NCBI GenBank assembly: GCA_963663765.2
Contig: CAXXUA010000004.1
Span: forward strand, 224,001-288,000
Source: Candidatus Poribacteria bacterium
GTDB lineage: Bacteria; Poribacteria; WGA-4E; WGA-3G
DNA: 64,000 bases
Direction of reading: 5' to 3'
Each line of letters opens with the position of its first letter. The stretch's first letter is position 1. Both the position numbers and the translations under genes were made by a program. A model generated the notes under the pieces. The model made no database searches, had not been told where the DNA came from, and worked only from the letters and a program-made list of their open reading frames with translations. Of the stretch, positions 18,766-29,862 are shown one piece after another.

Positions 18766-21700
18766 ATGGCAAATCACAACACCAATCAGATTTACCAGTC
18801 TATCATCAACAAGCTCAGTGCTGTCAGGAGAACCTGGCGTTGGTTGATCGTTACCGAAAACTGCCTCAAATGGATTAGTATACTTGCATTTGCTATGACG
18901 ATAGTGCTTCTGTGTTTTCAGATACCGCTACCACACTTTCTCAGAGGAAGTATAGTCGTTCTTGCATTTGGTTCTGCGTTATATTTCACATTTCGCATTC
19001 TTGTGCGTCCATTACTGCGTAAACTGACTTATACGTCAGTTGCTTCACATCTTGAAAAAGCTTATCCAAATATTGAAAATAGGATTCTGAGTACGGTTCA
19101 ACTCAAACCGATACTTGAAAACAATCCGTTAGGATACGCTCAGGATTTCGTTGAAATGCTGATCTCTCAAACACAAGACGATGTTGAAAAGATTGAATTG
19201 AAAAAGATTTTTCATAATGAATATGTCAAAATCAGAAAGTTTGCTGGTGTCGCTGCAGCTGCAGTTGGAATTTTGTTGCTAACTAATTTCCTATTACCAT
19301 CAGCGTTAAAGGGTTTCACAAATACAATAGATTCTTTACCCAAAACACCAATGGAAGGATTTTCTGCACAGATTGATGAAGTCAGGCCGGGAAATATCAA
19401 TGTAAAAGTAGGTGATGATGTCAACATTACCGCAAAGGTCAGTGGACATCTTGATGCTACTGTCTATGTTTACTATCGTTTGGCAGAAACGGACAAGACC
19501 GAAAATGATAATACAGAAAATATTCGTAAAAATGGTAAACATCTACCACATTTGCAAGATAGTAATTCATGGCAATCATTGTTAATGAACCGAGAACCGT
19601 CTGATATTCCATACAGTTCCACGCTTGAAAACATTGACCGATCACTGCAATATTATGTTTCAACTAAAGACATTGCATCTGATGTATTTCACATTACGGT
19701 AGTACATGAACCGATTGTAAAAACTTTTCAAATTGAGCTCAAATATCCAGCGTACACTCAACTCCCATCCCAAACGCTTGAAGCAAATACAGGAGACGCA
19801 GAAGTGCTTTATGGAACAGAAATTGAATTTAATGGAGAAAGCAATAAATCTCTATCGGAAGCACATTTGATTTTTGAAGGGACTGACCCAATACATCTCA
19901 ATATAGATGCTGAAACAAACTTCAATGGGAGTTTTGTAGCAAAAGAAGCCGGAACTTATCACATTCATATCCAAGATGTAGATGGTTTAGCCAATTCTGA
20001 TCCTCTCACTTATACAATTAATGTATTCAAAGATTCGCCTCCTCAAGTTGAGATTATTGAACCCGGTCGAGACATTGTGTTAGATAACGATATGCTGGTG
20101 AATTTGAAAGTTGAAGCAACCGATGATTACGGACTTCAGACTCTTCAGTTGGTTCACCGGATTCAAAAAGAGACTGCAAATGACAAAATTGTAACATTAA
20201 AGCAAGTACCTGCAACGACAACACCCCCGCAATCATCGCTTTTCATATCATATAGTTGGGATATTGACCCGATTGGACTATTCCCTGGTGAAACACTCTC
20301 CTATTATGTTCAGGCACTTGATACTGACGACGTTTCTGGTCCGAACATTGGTAAATCACGCACATTTACACTCCGTTTTCCAACGTTGGACGAATTGTAT
20401 GAAGACATTGCTGCAGAGCAGGAAACAGAACAACACAGTCTTGACGAACTCTTTGATGAACAGACAGAAGCAACAGGTATAGTTGACCAACTTCTTGAAA
20501 AGGTTCGGAAGTTCAAAGAGTTTTCGTTGACAGATAAGAAACTGATGCAACAGGTTGTCGCCTCGCAAAAAGAGATTGAACGTAAAGCCAATGAACTTAT
20601 AAACGAGATGGAACAGACAGCAACTGATATGGAGAAAAACCAACTCTTTGAACCTGAAACTATACAGAAATATCAAGAGTTACAAGAGTTGATGAAGGAA
20701 GCATTATCAGAAGAACATCAGGACCTCATGCAGAAATTGGCTGAAGCGATGGCTAAACAGCAATTGTCAGAACAAGAAAATGCGATGACTGAAGCTAATT
20801 TCAATCAGGAACAGTTCCAGCAACAAATTGAACGATTGAAATCGCTTTATGAACAACTCATTATGCAACAGAAGCTTGAAGCAGCAGCGAAACAAGCGAA
20901 GGAACTTGCTGAGCAACAGAAACAACTTGTTGATTCAATAGATCCATCTAATACTGAAGATCAATCTAATACTGAAAAAACAGAGGACACATCTGAATCA
21001 GGGACAACTGAATCTGCAAACAATGAACCCTCTGTAAAACCTGAACAAACACAAGAAGACCAGTCAAAGGGTATGTCCGATAAAACCGCGTTAAATGATG
21101 CTGCCCAAAAGGAACATCGAATCAAACAAGAATCTGAAAAACTCAGTAAGAAATTGGATACACTCAGTAACGAGATGACTGATATGGCAAAATCCCAGCA
21201 AAATGCTGCGGAGCAAGTCCAGAAAGTTGCTGATGAAATCAAGGAGTTAAATCAATATACCGAAGACCAGCAACTGAGCGAGAATCTTCAGAAAACAAGT
21301 GATAGTTTGCGCAATGACCAAAAACAACAAGCACAAGAAACTGGTAGACAAGCCGAGAAAACAATGCAAGATTTGGCACAAGGTTTAGACAACGCATTGG
21401 AGTTTATGCAGGGTTCTGGTGCTGAACAAGCATTAGCAGCGATGCAAGAAGCTGTCAAAAGTGGTTTGTATTTCTCACATCAACATGAAAAGGTTATCAA
21501 CAAGACAAGTGAACTGCTTATGTCAAGTACACAAGAGTATATTCCAAGTGAAATTAAACGGTTGCAGCAGCTTGCAGCAGAAGAGTTAAGTACATCTGAA
21601 GGACTATCGCAACTTGCAGAAAAACTTTGGGAACTCGGTAAGCAACAGATGCAGATTGATCCGAAGATCGTTTGGCGTTTGAATGCCTCCAGTGATGCAT

Positions 21701-22401
21701 TGAACCGTGCTGCCCGTGCCTTAGAAGATAGAGAAGCGAGTCTTGCTATTCCGATACAAAGACAAGGACTCGCTGACATCAATCAAGTCATTTTTGAGTT
21801 GCTCAATGCTATGGCACAAATGAATCAACAAATGGGTGCTGGTGGTTTGCAGAATATGCTTGAACAACTGCAACAGTTGGCACAAAGTCAAGAACAACTC
21901 AATGACATGGCACAGTCTCTTAGTAAGCAGATGCGTGAGGAAGGACGAACCCCAGGAATTCAACAACGGCTTGAGAGACTTGCTTCTCAACAGCAACTCA
22001 TCAGGGAAGCAACTGAAAGATTAGCAGAACTTGCTGAAAATGCATCAGAGATACTCGGAAATCTAAAGGACGTCGCATCGGAGATGGAGGAAGTTGAGAC
22101 AAAACTTGATGAAGGCACTCTGGATGATCAGGTAATTGAACAACAAGAACGTATTGTGACACGCATGCTCAATAGTCTGAAATCCCTTCAAAAACGCGAT
22201 GTCGGTAGACAACGTAAAGCAGAAGTTGCTAACAGACCTAACACACCACCTCAAGAAGTTCCACCATTACACCCTGAGTTATTGGAAGTTATCCGCAAGC
22301 TTGAGTCCACACCAAACGCGAAGGAATTGGAGAACATCCCTTTTCAATATCGTGAACAACTCAGACAATATTTCAAAGCGTTATCGCAAAAGACGCAATA
22401 G
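18766..22401 (+). CDS. Large membrane protein with Ig-like domains and Q/E-rich coiled coil (DUF4175-like)
   Basis: Three N-terminal TM helices, DDYGL motif, C-terminal P.QYRE...QYFK. Confidence 0.85.
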   Translation: MANHNTNQIYQSIINKLSAVRRTWRWLIVTENCLKWISILAFAMTIVLLCFQIPLPHFLRGSIVVLAFGSALYFTFRILVRPLLRKLTYTSVASHLEKAYPNIENRILSTVQLKPILENNPLGYAQDFVEMLISQTQDDVEKIELKKIFHNEYVKIRKFAGVAAAAVGILLLTNFLLPSALKGFTNTIDSLPKTPMEGFSAQIDEVRPGNINVKVGDDVNITAKVSGHLDATVYVYYRLAETDKTENDNTENIRKNGKHLPHLQDSNSWQSLLMNREPSDIPYSSTLENIDRSLQYYVSTKDIASDVFHITVVHEPIVKTFQIELKYPAYTQLPSQTLEANTGDAEVLYGTEIEFNGESNKSLSEAHLIFEGTDPIHLNIDAETNFNGSFVAKEAGTYHIHIQDVDGLANSDPLTYTINVFKDSPPQVEIIEPGRDIVLDNDMLVNLKVEATDDYGLQTLQLVHRIQKETANDKIVTLKQVPATTTPPQSSLFISYSWDIDPIGLFPGETLSYYVQALDTDDVSGPNIGKSRTFTLRFPTLDELYEDIAAEQETEQHSLDELFDEQTEATGIVDQLLEKVRKFKEFSLTDKKLMQQVVASQKEIERKANELINEMEQTATDMEKNQLFEPETIQKYQELQELMKEALSEEHQDLMQKLAEAMAKQQLSEQENAMTEANFNQEQFQQQIERLKSLYEQLIMQQKLEAAAKQAKELAEQQKQLVDSIDPSNTEDQSNTEKTEDTSESGTTESANNEPSVKPEQTQEDQSKGMSDKTALNDAAQKEHRIKQESEKLSKKLDTLSNEMTDMAKSQQNAAEQVQKVADEIKELNQYTEDQQLSENLQKTSDSLRNDQKQQAQETGRQAEKTMQDLAQGLDNALEFMQGSGAEQALAAMQEAVKSGLYFSHQHEKVINKTSELLMSSTQEYIPSEIKRLQQLAAEELSTSEGLSQLAEKLWELGKQQMQIDPKIVWRLNASSDALNRAARALEDREASLAIPIQRQGLADINQVIFELLNAMAQMNQQMGAGGLQNMLEQLQQLAQSQEQLNDMAQSLSKQMREEGRTPGIQQRLERLASQQQLIREATERLAELAENASEILGNLKDVASEMEEVETKLDEGTLDDQVIEQQERIVTRMLNSLKSLQKRDVGRQRKAEVANRPNTPPQEVPPLHPELLEVIRKLESTPNAKELENIPFQYREQLRQYFKALSQKTQ

Positions 22402-22434
22402 GTTCAAATAAACGTCTCAGCCTGGAGTATTAAT

Positions 22435-24090
22435 TTGCTTCTCAGATATAAAATCGTTTTATTCCTCCTATTATTTGTTATTGCTTGTGTGAATACCTAT
22501 GCACTCTCCGATGCAGAGATAGAGATACTCATAGGAAGTATGTCTGTTGAAGAACGAGTCGGTCAACTTCTGATGTATGGTATAGGTGGAAGAGAAGTTG
22601 GTCCTATTCCGAAAGGACATATAACCAGACGTTTTGTAGGTGGTATTATTCTCTATGCTCGGAATATCCAAACGCCTCAACAGGTAGCAGCGTTAACGAC
22701 TGGACTTCAGCAGTTAGCCCAAGAGACACCTAATGGTATCCCACTTTTTATAGCAATAGACCAGGAAGGTGGAATCGTCAATAGAATGACAAAAGGTGCG
22801 ACTGTTCTACCCGGTAATCTCGCTTTAGGCGCAACCCGTTCCAAAGAATTAGCAGAAAAAGCAGGTGAAATCACTGCAATAGAATTATCCACAGTTGGTG
22901 TTAATCTCAATTTTGCTCCTGTTTTGGATGTGAATACCAATCCGCTGAATCCGGTTATTGGGGTTCGTGCTTTTGGAGAATCTCCTCAGCTTGTATCTCA
23001 ACTTGGCACAGCATATATTCGCGGACTACAAGAAAATGGTGTGCTTGCGACAGCAAAACACTTTCCTGGACACGGTGATACGCATGTAGACTCACACAAG
23101 AATTTGCCGATAGTTACCCATAATCTCAAACGAGTCAATTCTGTTGAATTAGTTCCATTTCAAGCTGCGATTGAAGCGGATGTCGCTGCGATAATGTCTG
23201 CTCATATCCTATATCCCTCACTTGACACTGAGTATCCAGCAACGCTTTCATATAAAATACTGACTACTATCCTTCGTCGCAAACTCGGTTATGACGGTTT
23301 AATAATCACTGATGACATTGAAATGCAAGCGATTGATGCTAAGTATGATACGGGTGATGCGGCTGTCATGGCGATACAAGCTGGAGCAGATATTGTGATT
23401 ATCCCATGGACGTTGAAAAAGCAGCAACGTGCATACAATTCACTGCGACAAGCAGTTCAGACAAGAAAAATCACTGAAACACGTCTTAATGAATCTGTGC
23501 GGCGTATTCTCAAGACCAAAGTTTCTTGTGGTGCATTTGAGAAACCTTATGTACATATAGAAAACCCAAATGCCATAAACTCTCCTCTGACAAAGGTAGG
23601 CAGTGCGAAACACAGAGAAGTCGCACAAACAATAGCGAAACGAGCAATTACTCTTGTCAAAAGCACCCCCGGAATTCTTCCATTGAAGTCAGAACCTAAA
23701 GAACCCGTTCTTCTAATTAGTCCTTCCCGTGAATTCTCAAACACCTTCCTCAAAGCACATACAGATATTACTAATATCACCCCCGTACTGATTCCATTTC
23801 AAGTGAATCAAAAACTATTATTGCCACAGATGCTGCTATCAAAACCTTCACTGATAGTGGCAGGAATTGTGAATGCACAACAAGCAAACCTTGTTCACCA
23901 AATTAGCAAAAAGACAGATGTTCCGATCATCGTTATATCACTTAGGTCTCCTTATCTTCTGGGTAAGTGTCCTGATGTTGCTTGTTCGATTGCTGCTTAT
24001 GATGACAATTATTATTCTGTTCTCGCTGCTGTTGAGGTCTTACTTGGTAAACGAGAAGCAGTTGGTAAGTTGCCAGTTACAATTCCATGA
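22435..24090 (+). CDS. nagZ: GH3 beta-N-acetylhexosaminidase
   Basis: IAIDQEGG, FAPVLDV, KHFPGHGDTHVDSH, ITDD. Confidence 0.9.
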   Translation: MLLRYKIVLFLLLFVIACVNTYALSDAEIEILIGSMSVEERVGQLLMYGIGGREVGPIPKGHITRRFVGGIILYARNIQTPQQVAALTTGLQQLAQETPNGIPLFIAIDQEGGIVNRMTKGATVLPGNLALGATRSKELAEKAGEITAIELSTVGVNLNFAPVLDVNTNPLNPVIGVRAFGESPQLVSQLGTAYIRGLQENGVLATAKHFPGHGDTHVDSHKNLPIVTHNLKRVNSVELVPFQAAIEADVAAIMSAHILYPSLDTEYPATLSYKILTTILRRKLGYDGLIITDDIEMQAIDAKYDTGDAAVMAIQAGADIVIIPWTLKKQQRAYNSLRQAVQTRKITETRLNESVRRILKTKVSCGAFEKPYVHIENPNAINSPLTKVGSAKHREVAQTIAKRAITLVKSTPGILPLKSEPKEPVLLISPSREFSNTFLKAHTDITNITPVLIPFQVNQKLLLPQMLLSKPSLIVAGIVNAQQANLVHQISKKTDVPIIVISLRSPYLLGKCPDVACSIAAYDDNYYSVLAAVEVLLGKREAVGKLPVTIP

Positions 24091-24306
24091 ATTTTTTGGT
24101 TAAACCTTGTTTTTTGCATCTTTCATTAGAATTATATTTTGATTGAATCGCGTGTTGTCCTATTCGCAGATTACGATGATAAGTCCCCTACTGAAAATGT
24201 CTTATTTCGGTTTAGTGTTATCTTAAACACTGCAATTTAATGCTTGTGTCTTCTCCGCGTAATTCACGATTCTGACAGCAATAAACTTTACTCACCCGTC
24301 AACGAC

Positions 24307-25610
24307 GGGTGTGTAAAGTTTTTGTAGAAACACTGATATTAAAAGAAGTCCATCAAGTTTCTATCAAAGCTTGCTTGACGTTAGGGAACTGTGGACATCG
24401 TAGGGCCGAGGTTTCCTCGCCTGTGTAAAATTTCTGATCGAGCGGTGAAACCCCGCCCCATAGGCGTCAATTTAAGGATTTTGACCTCTTGTGGGAGGGG
24501 TTTTCAACCCCGATTATAGTAAAAGATATAATTATTTGGACAATTTGAGCATCAAACTTTATGATGATTAATTTATTAATTCGGTAATAAATTTTTCTCA
24601 CATTGTAGGCGTGCTTTGTAAGCGCGCTGTTGAGACTTGATGTGCCAGCGCGCTTACAAAGCACGCCTACCATCGGGGCGCGCTTACAAAGCACGACTAC
24701 CTTGAGTGTGAATGAAAACGGCGCGCTTACAAAGCACGCCTACCTTGAGTGTGAATGAAAACGGCGCGCTTACAAAGCACGCCTGCAAGACGGATAAGAG
24801 AGGCGCGCTTACAAAGCACGCCTGCAAGACGGATAAGAGAGGCGCGCTTACAAAGCACGCCTACCATCGGTGCGCGCTTACAAAGCACGCCTACCATCGG
24901 TGAGCGCGCTCACAAAGCACGCCTACCTTGAGTGTGAATGAAAACGGCGCGCTTACAAAGCACGACTACCATCGGGGCGCGCTTACAAAGCACGCCTGAA
25001 AGAGGGATAAGAGGGGCGCGCTTACAAAGCACGACTACCTTGAGTGAGAATGAAAACGGCGCGCTTACAAAGCACGCCTGCAGGTGGGGGGCGCGCTTAC
25101 AAAGCACGCCTGCAGGTGGGGGGCGCGCTTACAAAGCACGCCTGCAAGAGGGATAAGAGGGGCGCGCTTACAAAGCACGCCTACCTTGAGTGAGAATGAA
25201 AACGGCGCGCTTACAAAGCACGCCTACCTTGAGTGTGAATGAAAACGGCGCGCTTACAAAGCACGCCTGCAAGACGGATAAGAGGGGCGCGCTTACAAAG
25301 CACCATTGGCGTCAATTTAAGAAAATATTGTTGTCATTTTTCTTGTGGGAGGGTTTTTCAACCTCGATTTGAGAGGAAAAGCGCATAAATTCGGGGTTGA
25401 AAACACCTCCCACAATACGTGAAAATCCTTAAATTGACGCTTATGGGGCGTGGCAACCACGCCCCTACGAATACACAAAATACACAACTTGAACGTCAAA
25501 ACTCATTAGGGCTTTGTGCCCCGCAATCTCTCATTTAATCAGTTGGGGCGGGCACAGAGTCCCGCCCTACAATGAAGAATGAGTAGTTTTTGCAAAAATT
25601 TTACACACCC
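24307..25610. mobile_element. Composite family B element enclosing family C ends and a mosaic repeat array
   Basis: B TIRs at both ends with imperfect 9-bp flanks GTCAACGAC/ATCAATGAC; C ends near 24459, 25304 and 25445. Confidence 0.75.
24605..25303 (+). repeat. REP doublet followed by a mosaic array: 18 copies of GCGCGCTTACAAAGCACGCCT(A/G)C with four recurring spacer types
   Basis: Counted by eye; spacer order ABBCCAABACBDDCBBC. Confidence 0.9.
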
Positions 25611-25626
25611 ATCAATGACATTTTGG

Positions 25627-25655
25627 TTGACAAAATGTGAATATGATGGTAGTAT
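25627..25655 (+). promoter_or_regulatory. Sigma70-type promoter TTGACA-17-TAGTAT with extended -10 TG
   Basis: Consensus match upstream of dgoD. Confidence 0.55.
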
Positions 25656-25694
25656 AAATCGGTTCATGTATAATAATTGCCGAAGGAAACTTGT

Positions 25695-26798
25695 ATGAAA
25701 ATCACGAAGTTAGAGACATTTCTTGTTAAACCACGTTGGCTTTTTTTGAAGATCCACACGGATGAGGGTTTGGTGGGTCTGGGTGAACCCATATTGGAGG
25801 GTCGTGCAAAGACATGTGCGCAAGCGGTTGATGAACTTGGTTCTTACCTGATTGGAGAGGATCCGAGACGTGTTGTGCATCATTGGCAGGCGATGTATCG
25901 ACATGCTTTTTACCGTGGCGGTCCTATCCTCACAAGTGCTTTGAGCGGGATTGAACAAGCACTGTGGGATATAGCAGGAAAGTCATTGGACGTTCCAGTT
26001 TATCAACTTTTTGGGGGACCAACGCGTGATCGTATTCGTTTGTATAAGGGTGGTGGTGATCCGAAAGGTATTCGTGAGTGGATTGACAAAGGTTTCACGG
26101 CATTTAAGACAGGTGTTGCGGGTGGGAGACCTGCGCGTATCATTGAAAACATGGCATTTATTGATAAAGCAGTGGAACACTTTGCAGCATTACGTGAAGC
26201 TGCAGGTCCTGAAGTAGATTTAGCAATAGACTTCCATGGCGCTATCAGTCCACAAACAGCAAAAGTGTTGATAAAGGCGTTGGAACCGTATCAACCGATG
26301 TTCATTGAGGAACCGGTTCAGTGTCAAAATGTGGATACGCTTGCTGAAATCGCTCGGAGTACACATTTACCGATTGCGACAGGAGAACGGATTTTCACGA
26401 AATGGGGTTTTCGTGAGATACTGGAGAAACAGGCTGCATCTATTCTGCAACCGGATTTATGTCATGCGGGTGGTATCAATGAGGTGCGTATTATTGCGGG
26501 TATGGCGGAGGCTTATTATGGCGGTATTGCACCACATAATCCGTTAGGACCGATTTCGTTGGCTGCTTGTATTCAGTTAGATGCTTCTATTCCGAACTTT
26601 GTGATGCAGGAGCATACAACTTTGGGTGAAGGTTATCTTAAAAATCCGTTTGTTTTCAAAGATGGTTTTCTGGAGCTGCCTACAGGACCTGGTTTGGGGA
26701 TTGAACTTGATGAAGATGCGCTTGAAGATAAGATTGATCACGATTGGCAAAATCCGAGGTCGTTCCATCCGGATGATGGTTCTGTTGTTGATTGGTAA
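25695..26798 (+). CDS. dgoD: Galactonate dehydratase (enolase superfamily)
   Basis: PRWLFLKI.TDEG..G.GEP..EGRA, FYRGGPIL.SA, DFHG, APHNPLGPI, DGSVVDW. Confidence 0.9.
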   Translation: MKITKLETFLVKPRWLFLKIHTDEGLVGLGEPILEGRAKTCAQAVDELGSYLIGEDPRRVVHHWQAMYRHAFYRGGPILTSALSGIEQALWDIAGKSLDVPVYQLFGGPTRDRIRLYKGGGDPKGIREWIDKGFTAFKTGVAGGRPARIIENMAFIDKAVEHFAALREAAGPEVDLAIDFHGAISPQTAKVLIKALEPYQPMFIEEPVQCQNVDTLAEIARSTHLPIATGERIFTKWGFREILEKQAASILQPDLCHAGGINEVRIIAGMAEAYYGGIAPHNPLGPISLAACIQLDASIPNFVMQEHTTLGEGYLKNPFVFKDGFLELPTGPGLGIELDEDALEDKIDHDWQNPRSFHPDDGSVVDW

Positions 26799-26846
26799 GT
26801 AGTAGGTCTGTTGTGAATGATACATAATTAAAAAATTGATTTTATA

Positions 26847-26968
26847 CAGGATTTACGCAGTTTTCTTGATTTAATCATGAATTATGATGAAAATGATGGA
26901 ATTATCAGCATTTTTTCAGATTTCCAGCGCGCTTACAAAGCACGCCTACCGTTTTTGCGTAAGTCCTG
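26847..26968. mobile_element. MITE family A, TSD TTATA
   Basis: TIRs and direct repeat. Confidence 0.85.
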
Positions 26969-26991
26969 TTATATAAACGAATGGGAAATGT

Positions 26992-27792
26992 ATGAAATTT
27001 ATAATGTTTACGAAACACTTACAGGGGTTGGAAATACCAGAAATCATTGATGCGTTACATTCTGTAGGAGTGGAAGGTGCAGACCTTTGTGTACGCCCCG
27101 GTTATCCTGTGAATCCTGAGAATGCAGTGAAAGAATTACCTGCTGCAGCGAAACAGTTTTCGGATGCGAATTTGTCAATTCCGCTTGTGACTACACCTGG
27201 AGATTTCTTAGATCCTACAACCGAAGACGCATTGCGTATTTATTCAGCTGCGGGTGAAGCAGGTGTTGAAAATATCAAATTGGGTTATTGGCACTGGCAT
27301 GCAAATAATGGCGGCTATTGGTCTCAGGTTGATACGATACGCAAACAACTTGAGGGATTTGCACAGTTATCTGAGAAACACGGACCGAGAACTTGCATCC
27401 ACAATCATTCTGGGACATCCATGGGTTTGAATTCGTGTGCTGTGATGAATCTTGTGAAGGGATTTGATCCTCGTCATGTGGGGGTATTTTCGGATACGGG
27501 ACATCTATCAATCGTTGGTGAACCGATAAATATGGCACTTGATATTGTGAGTTCACACCTTGCTGTGATTGCGTTCAAAGACCTTGCGCGTTCGCCTGGT
27601 ATGCGTAGTGGTAAGGTTGTTCGTATGGGGAAAGGTTTTGTGGATTGGGAGACAACACTTGACACGCTTAAAACGATGGAATATTCTGGTTCAGTTACTT
27701 TTCATAGTGAATATAGCGGTGAACCGGTTGAGAGTGTGATTGATCTTGCACGTGTTGATGTGCGATTTATTAGAAGTTTGATGAACAAGTAA
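26992..27792 (+). CDS. Sugar phosphate isomerase/epimerase (xylose isomerase-like TIM barrel)
   Basis: HNH, DTGH, KD, G.G.VDW and HSEY motifs. Confidence 0.85.
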   Translation: MKFIMFTKHLQGLEIPEIIDALHSVGVEGADLCVRPGYPVNPENAVKELPAAAKQFSDANLSIPLVTTPGDFLDPTTEDALRIYSAAGEAGVENIKLGYWHWHANNGGYWSQVDTIRKQLEGFAQLSEKHGPRTCIHNHSGTSMGLNSCAVMNLVKGFDPRHVGVFSDTGHLSIVGEPINMALDIVSSHLAVIAFKDLARSPGMRSGKVVRMGKGFVDWETTLDTLKTMEYSGSVTFHSEYSGEPVESVIDLARVDVRFIRSLMNK

Positions 27793-27801
27793 GGAGATAG
27801 C

Positions 27802-28617
27802 ATGGGAGAATTTCAGTTAGGGTTGAATACAAGTACGATCCGTCCTGCAGCTTTGATGGACAAGATTCGGATTGCGGGAGAGACGGGTTATACAGCAATT
27901 GAGTTATGGAATAACGATCTGTCTGACTTTGAGGAGCAGGGGGGTTCACTGTCTGATGTAAAAAAAGCATTGGATGATCAGGGGCTTTCTGTGCCGACCG
28001 TTATTGCCTTGCATGGATGGCTAAATGCAACTGGGACTGATCTTCAAAATGCATTGGAGGATGCAAAGAAACGGATGGCACAAGCAGCTGCAGTCGGTTC
28101 GACCTATATTATTTCAAGTCCGCCGCGTGAGGTTGCTGACCTGCAATTAGGGGGTGAGAACTACCGGAAACTGCTTGAGTTAGGTCGTGAGTTCGGTGTT
28201 AAACCTGCGATGGAATTCCTCGGGTTTGTTGATGGAGTAAATCAGGTGAGACATGCGTTGGAGGTTATGGAGGTTGCCGACCATCCGGATAGCACGATTG
28301 TGCTTGATCCGTTCCACATCTACCGTGGGGGTGGAGAAATAGAGAATATAGAGGGTATCTCTGGCGATAAAATCGCAGTGTTCCATTTCAACGATGCCCC
28401 TGCTGAACCTTCACGGGCAGAACAGACTGATGCAGATAGGGTTTATCCAGGTGATGGTATCCTTGACTTGAAACGGATGATCTCTATATTGAAAGATGCT
28501 GATTTTTCGGGTGTTATCTCGTTGGAGTTATTCAATCCGAATTATTGGGAACAAGATCCGGTAGAGGTAGCGCGAATTGGATTGGAAAAGATGAAAACCG
28601 TGTTAGACAATTCTTGA
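27802..28617 (+). CDS. Sugar phosphate isomerase/epimerase (IolI-like)
   Basis: MEFLG, LDPFH, HFND, DRVYPGDG, SLELFN. Confidence 0.85.
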   Translation: MGEFQLGLNTSTIRPAALMDKIRIAGETGYTAIELWNNDLSDFEEQGGSLSDVKKALDDQGLSVPTVIALHGWLNATGTDLQNALEDAKKRMAQAAAVGSTYIISSPPREVADLQLGGENYRKLLELGREFGVKPAMEFLGFVDGVNQVRHALEVMEVADHPDSTIVLDPFHIYRGGGEIENIEGISGDKIAVFHFNDAPAEPSRAEQTDADRVYPGDGILDLKRMISILKDADFSGVISLELFNPNYWEQDPVEVARIGLEKMKTVLDNS

Positions 28618-28867
28618 TAATTTTAGTTTTATGTCGTTATATAACGACATAAAGTATTGAATTACAAATTTTGTGTTTCACTTGAGTTTTATGTTAAAAT
28701 ATGTCTCTTGTAATATATGCTAAAGATCTATGCAAAAGCGTTTTAGATTTTATTATAAAGAAACCGTCGGTAAATAATTCGAACCCGCACTCTGTTTTCC
28801 GTTGATTGAAGTTATATATAAAACAATAACTCTAAAATTTATTGACCAGTCTTCAATTAGGAGCAAA

Positions 28868-29833
28868 ATGGCAAGTTTTGACACTACGTCAAAGAAACAG
28901 ATTGAAACAAATCCTCAAGACTTTGTCCACCTTTGCTTCGGTTTTGAAACAACCGACATCACAGTACTGGAGCTTATAACCCCAGAACAACCTACTGTTG
29001 AAATGCACCAGGCGGATTCACTTATCAAAGCGGTGTACAACGGTAAAGAGGTTCTTGTACACTTTGAATTTCAAACTACCGATAGTTATGATCTGGAGAT
29101 GCCCCTTCGGATGGCTGGTTATATCATCAGATCGATTGAAGCATATCGTTTACCAGTTTATTCTAATGTGATTTACCTACGTCCAGATGCTGGCAAAAAC
29201 GATCCCGGTAAATATGTGCAAAATATTGAACATCATAACATCGCAATAGAATATCAAGTCTTCCGACTTATTGATCTTGATGGACAACAGGTACTTGATT
29301 CGAAACTTATAGGATTGGTACCGTTTACTCCGCTGATGGGACATAAAAAAGATGTAGATGCTGACCAATGGCTTCGGCGTTGTATACAAGTTGCTGATAG
29401 CATTGATGTGCCTAACAAGGCAGCATATCTTGGAAGTATGGCAATTTTGGGTAATATAATTTATGATTCAAAAACAATATTGGAAATTATATCGGAGGAA
29501 ACCATGCAACAACCAACCATTGTAGAATACGTGGCACCCCAGGCTCGCGAACAAGGATTCCAAGATGGCGTTGAACAAGGTATTGAACAAGGTATTGAAC
29601 AAGGTATTGAACAAGGTATTGAACAAGGTATTGAACAAGGTATCCAAGAAGGTACACGCAAACATATCCTTGAGATTTTAACGCTTCAATTGGGAGATGC
29701 GACCGCACTGAAATTTAAGGCATCCATAGAGTCAATCGATGATTCACATCGGCTTGAGATGTTATTTCGTGCTGCACTCCAGGCAAAACACGAAGAAGAA
29801 TTCAGACAAGTTATGAATGAAACCAGTGAATAG
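28868..29833 (+). CDS. Rpn/YhgA-like PD-(D/E)XK nuclease, full length
   Basis: AGGAG RBS; ADSLI, HFEFQ and MPLRMAGY motifs; (GIEQ)5 repeat; DUF4351-like tail. Confidence 0.85.
   Translation: MASFDTTSKKQIETNPQDFVHLCFGFETTDITVLELITPEQPTVEMHQADSLIKAVYNGKEVLVHFEFQTTDSYDLEMPLRMAGYIIRSIEAYRLPVYSNVIYLRPDAGKNDPGKYVQNIEHHNIAIEYQVFRLIDLDGQQVLDSKLIGLVPFTPLMGHKKDVDADQWLRRCIQVADSIDVPNKAAYLGSMAILGNIIYDSKTILEIISEETMQQPTIVEYVAPQAREQGFQDGVEQGIEQGIEQGIEQGIEQGIEQGIQEGTRKHILEILTLQLGDATALKFKASIESIDDSHRLEMLFRAALQAKHEEEFRQVMNETSE
29504..29833 (+). CDS. Putative intragenic small protein (RpnS-like antitoxin), 109 aa
   Basis: In-frame GGAGGAAACCATG just before the GIEQ repeats, as described for Rpn genes. Confidence 0.6.
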   Translation: MQQPTIVEYVAPQAREQGFQDGVEQGIEQGIEQGIEQGIEQGIEQGIQEGTRKHILEILTLQLGDATALKFKASIESIDDSHRLEMLFRAALQAKHEEEFRQVMNETSE

Positions 29834-29862
29834 CACCGAATTAACGCGATTTGTCCAGTCAG

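Noticed and set aside
24648-25303. Canonical CRISPR array
   Set aside because: Spacers are 7-20 bp, recur many times and fall into four types; no cas genes are present; the repeat is a dispersed REP arm
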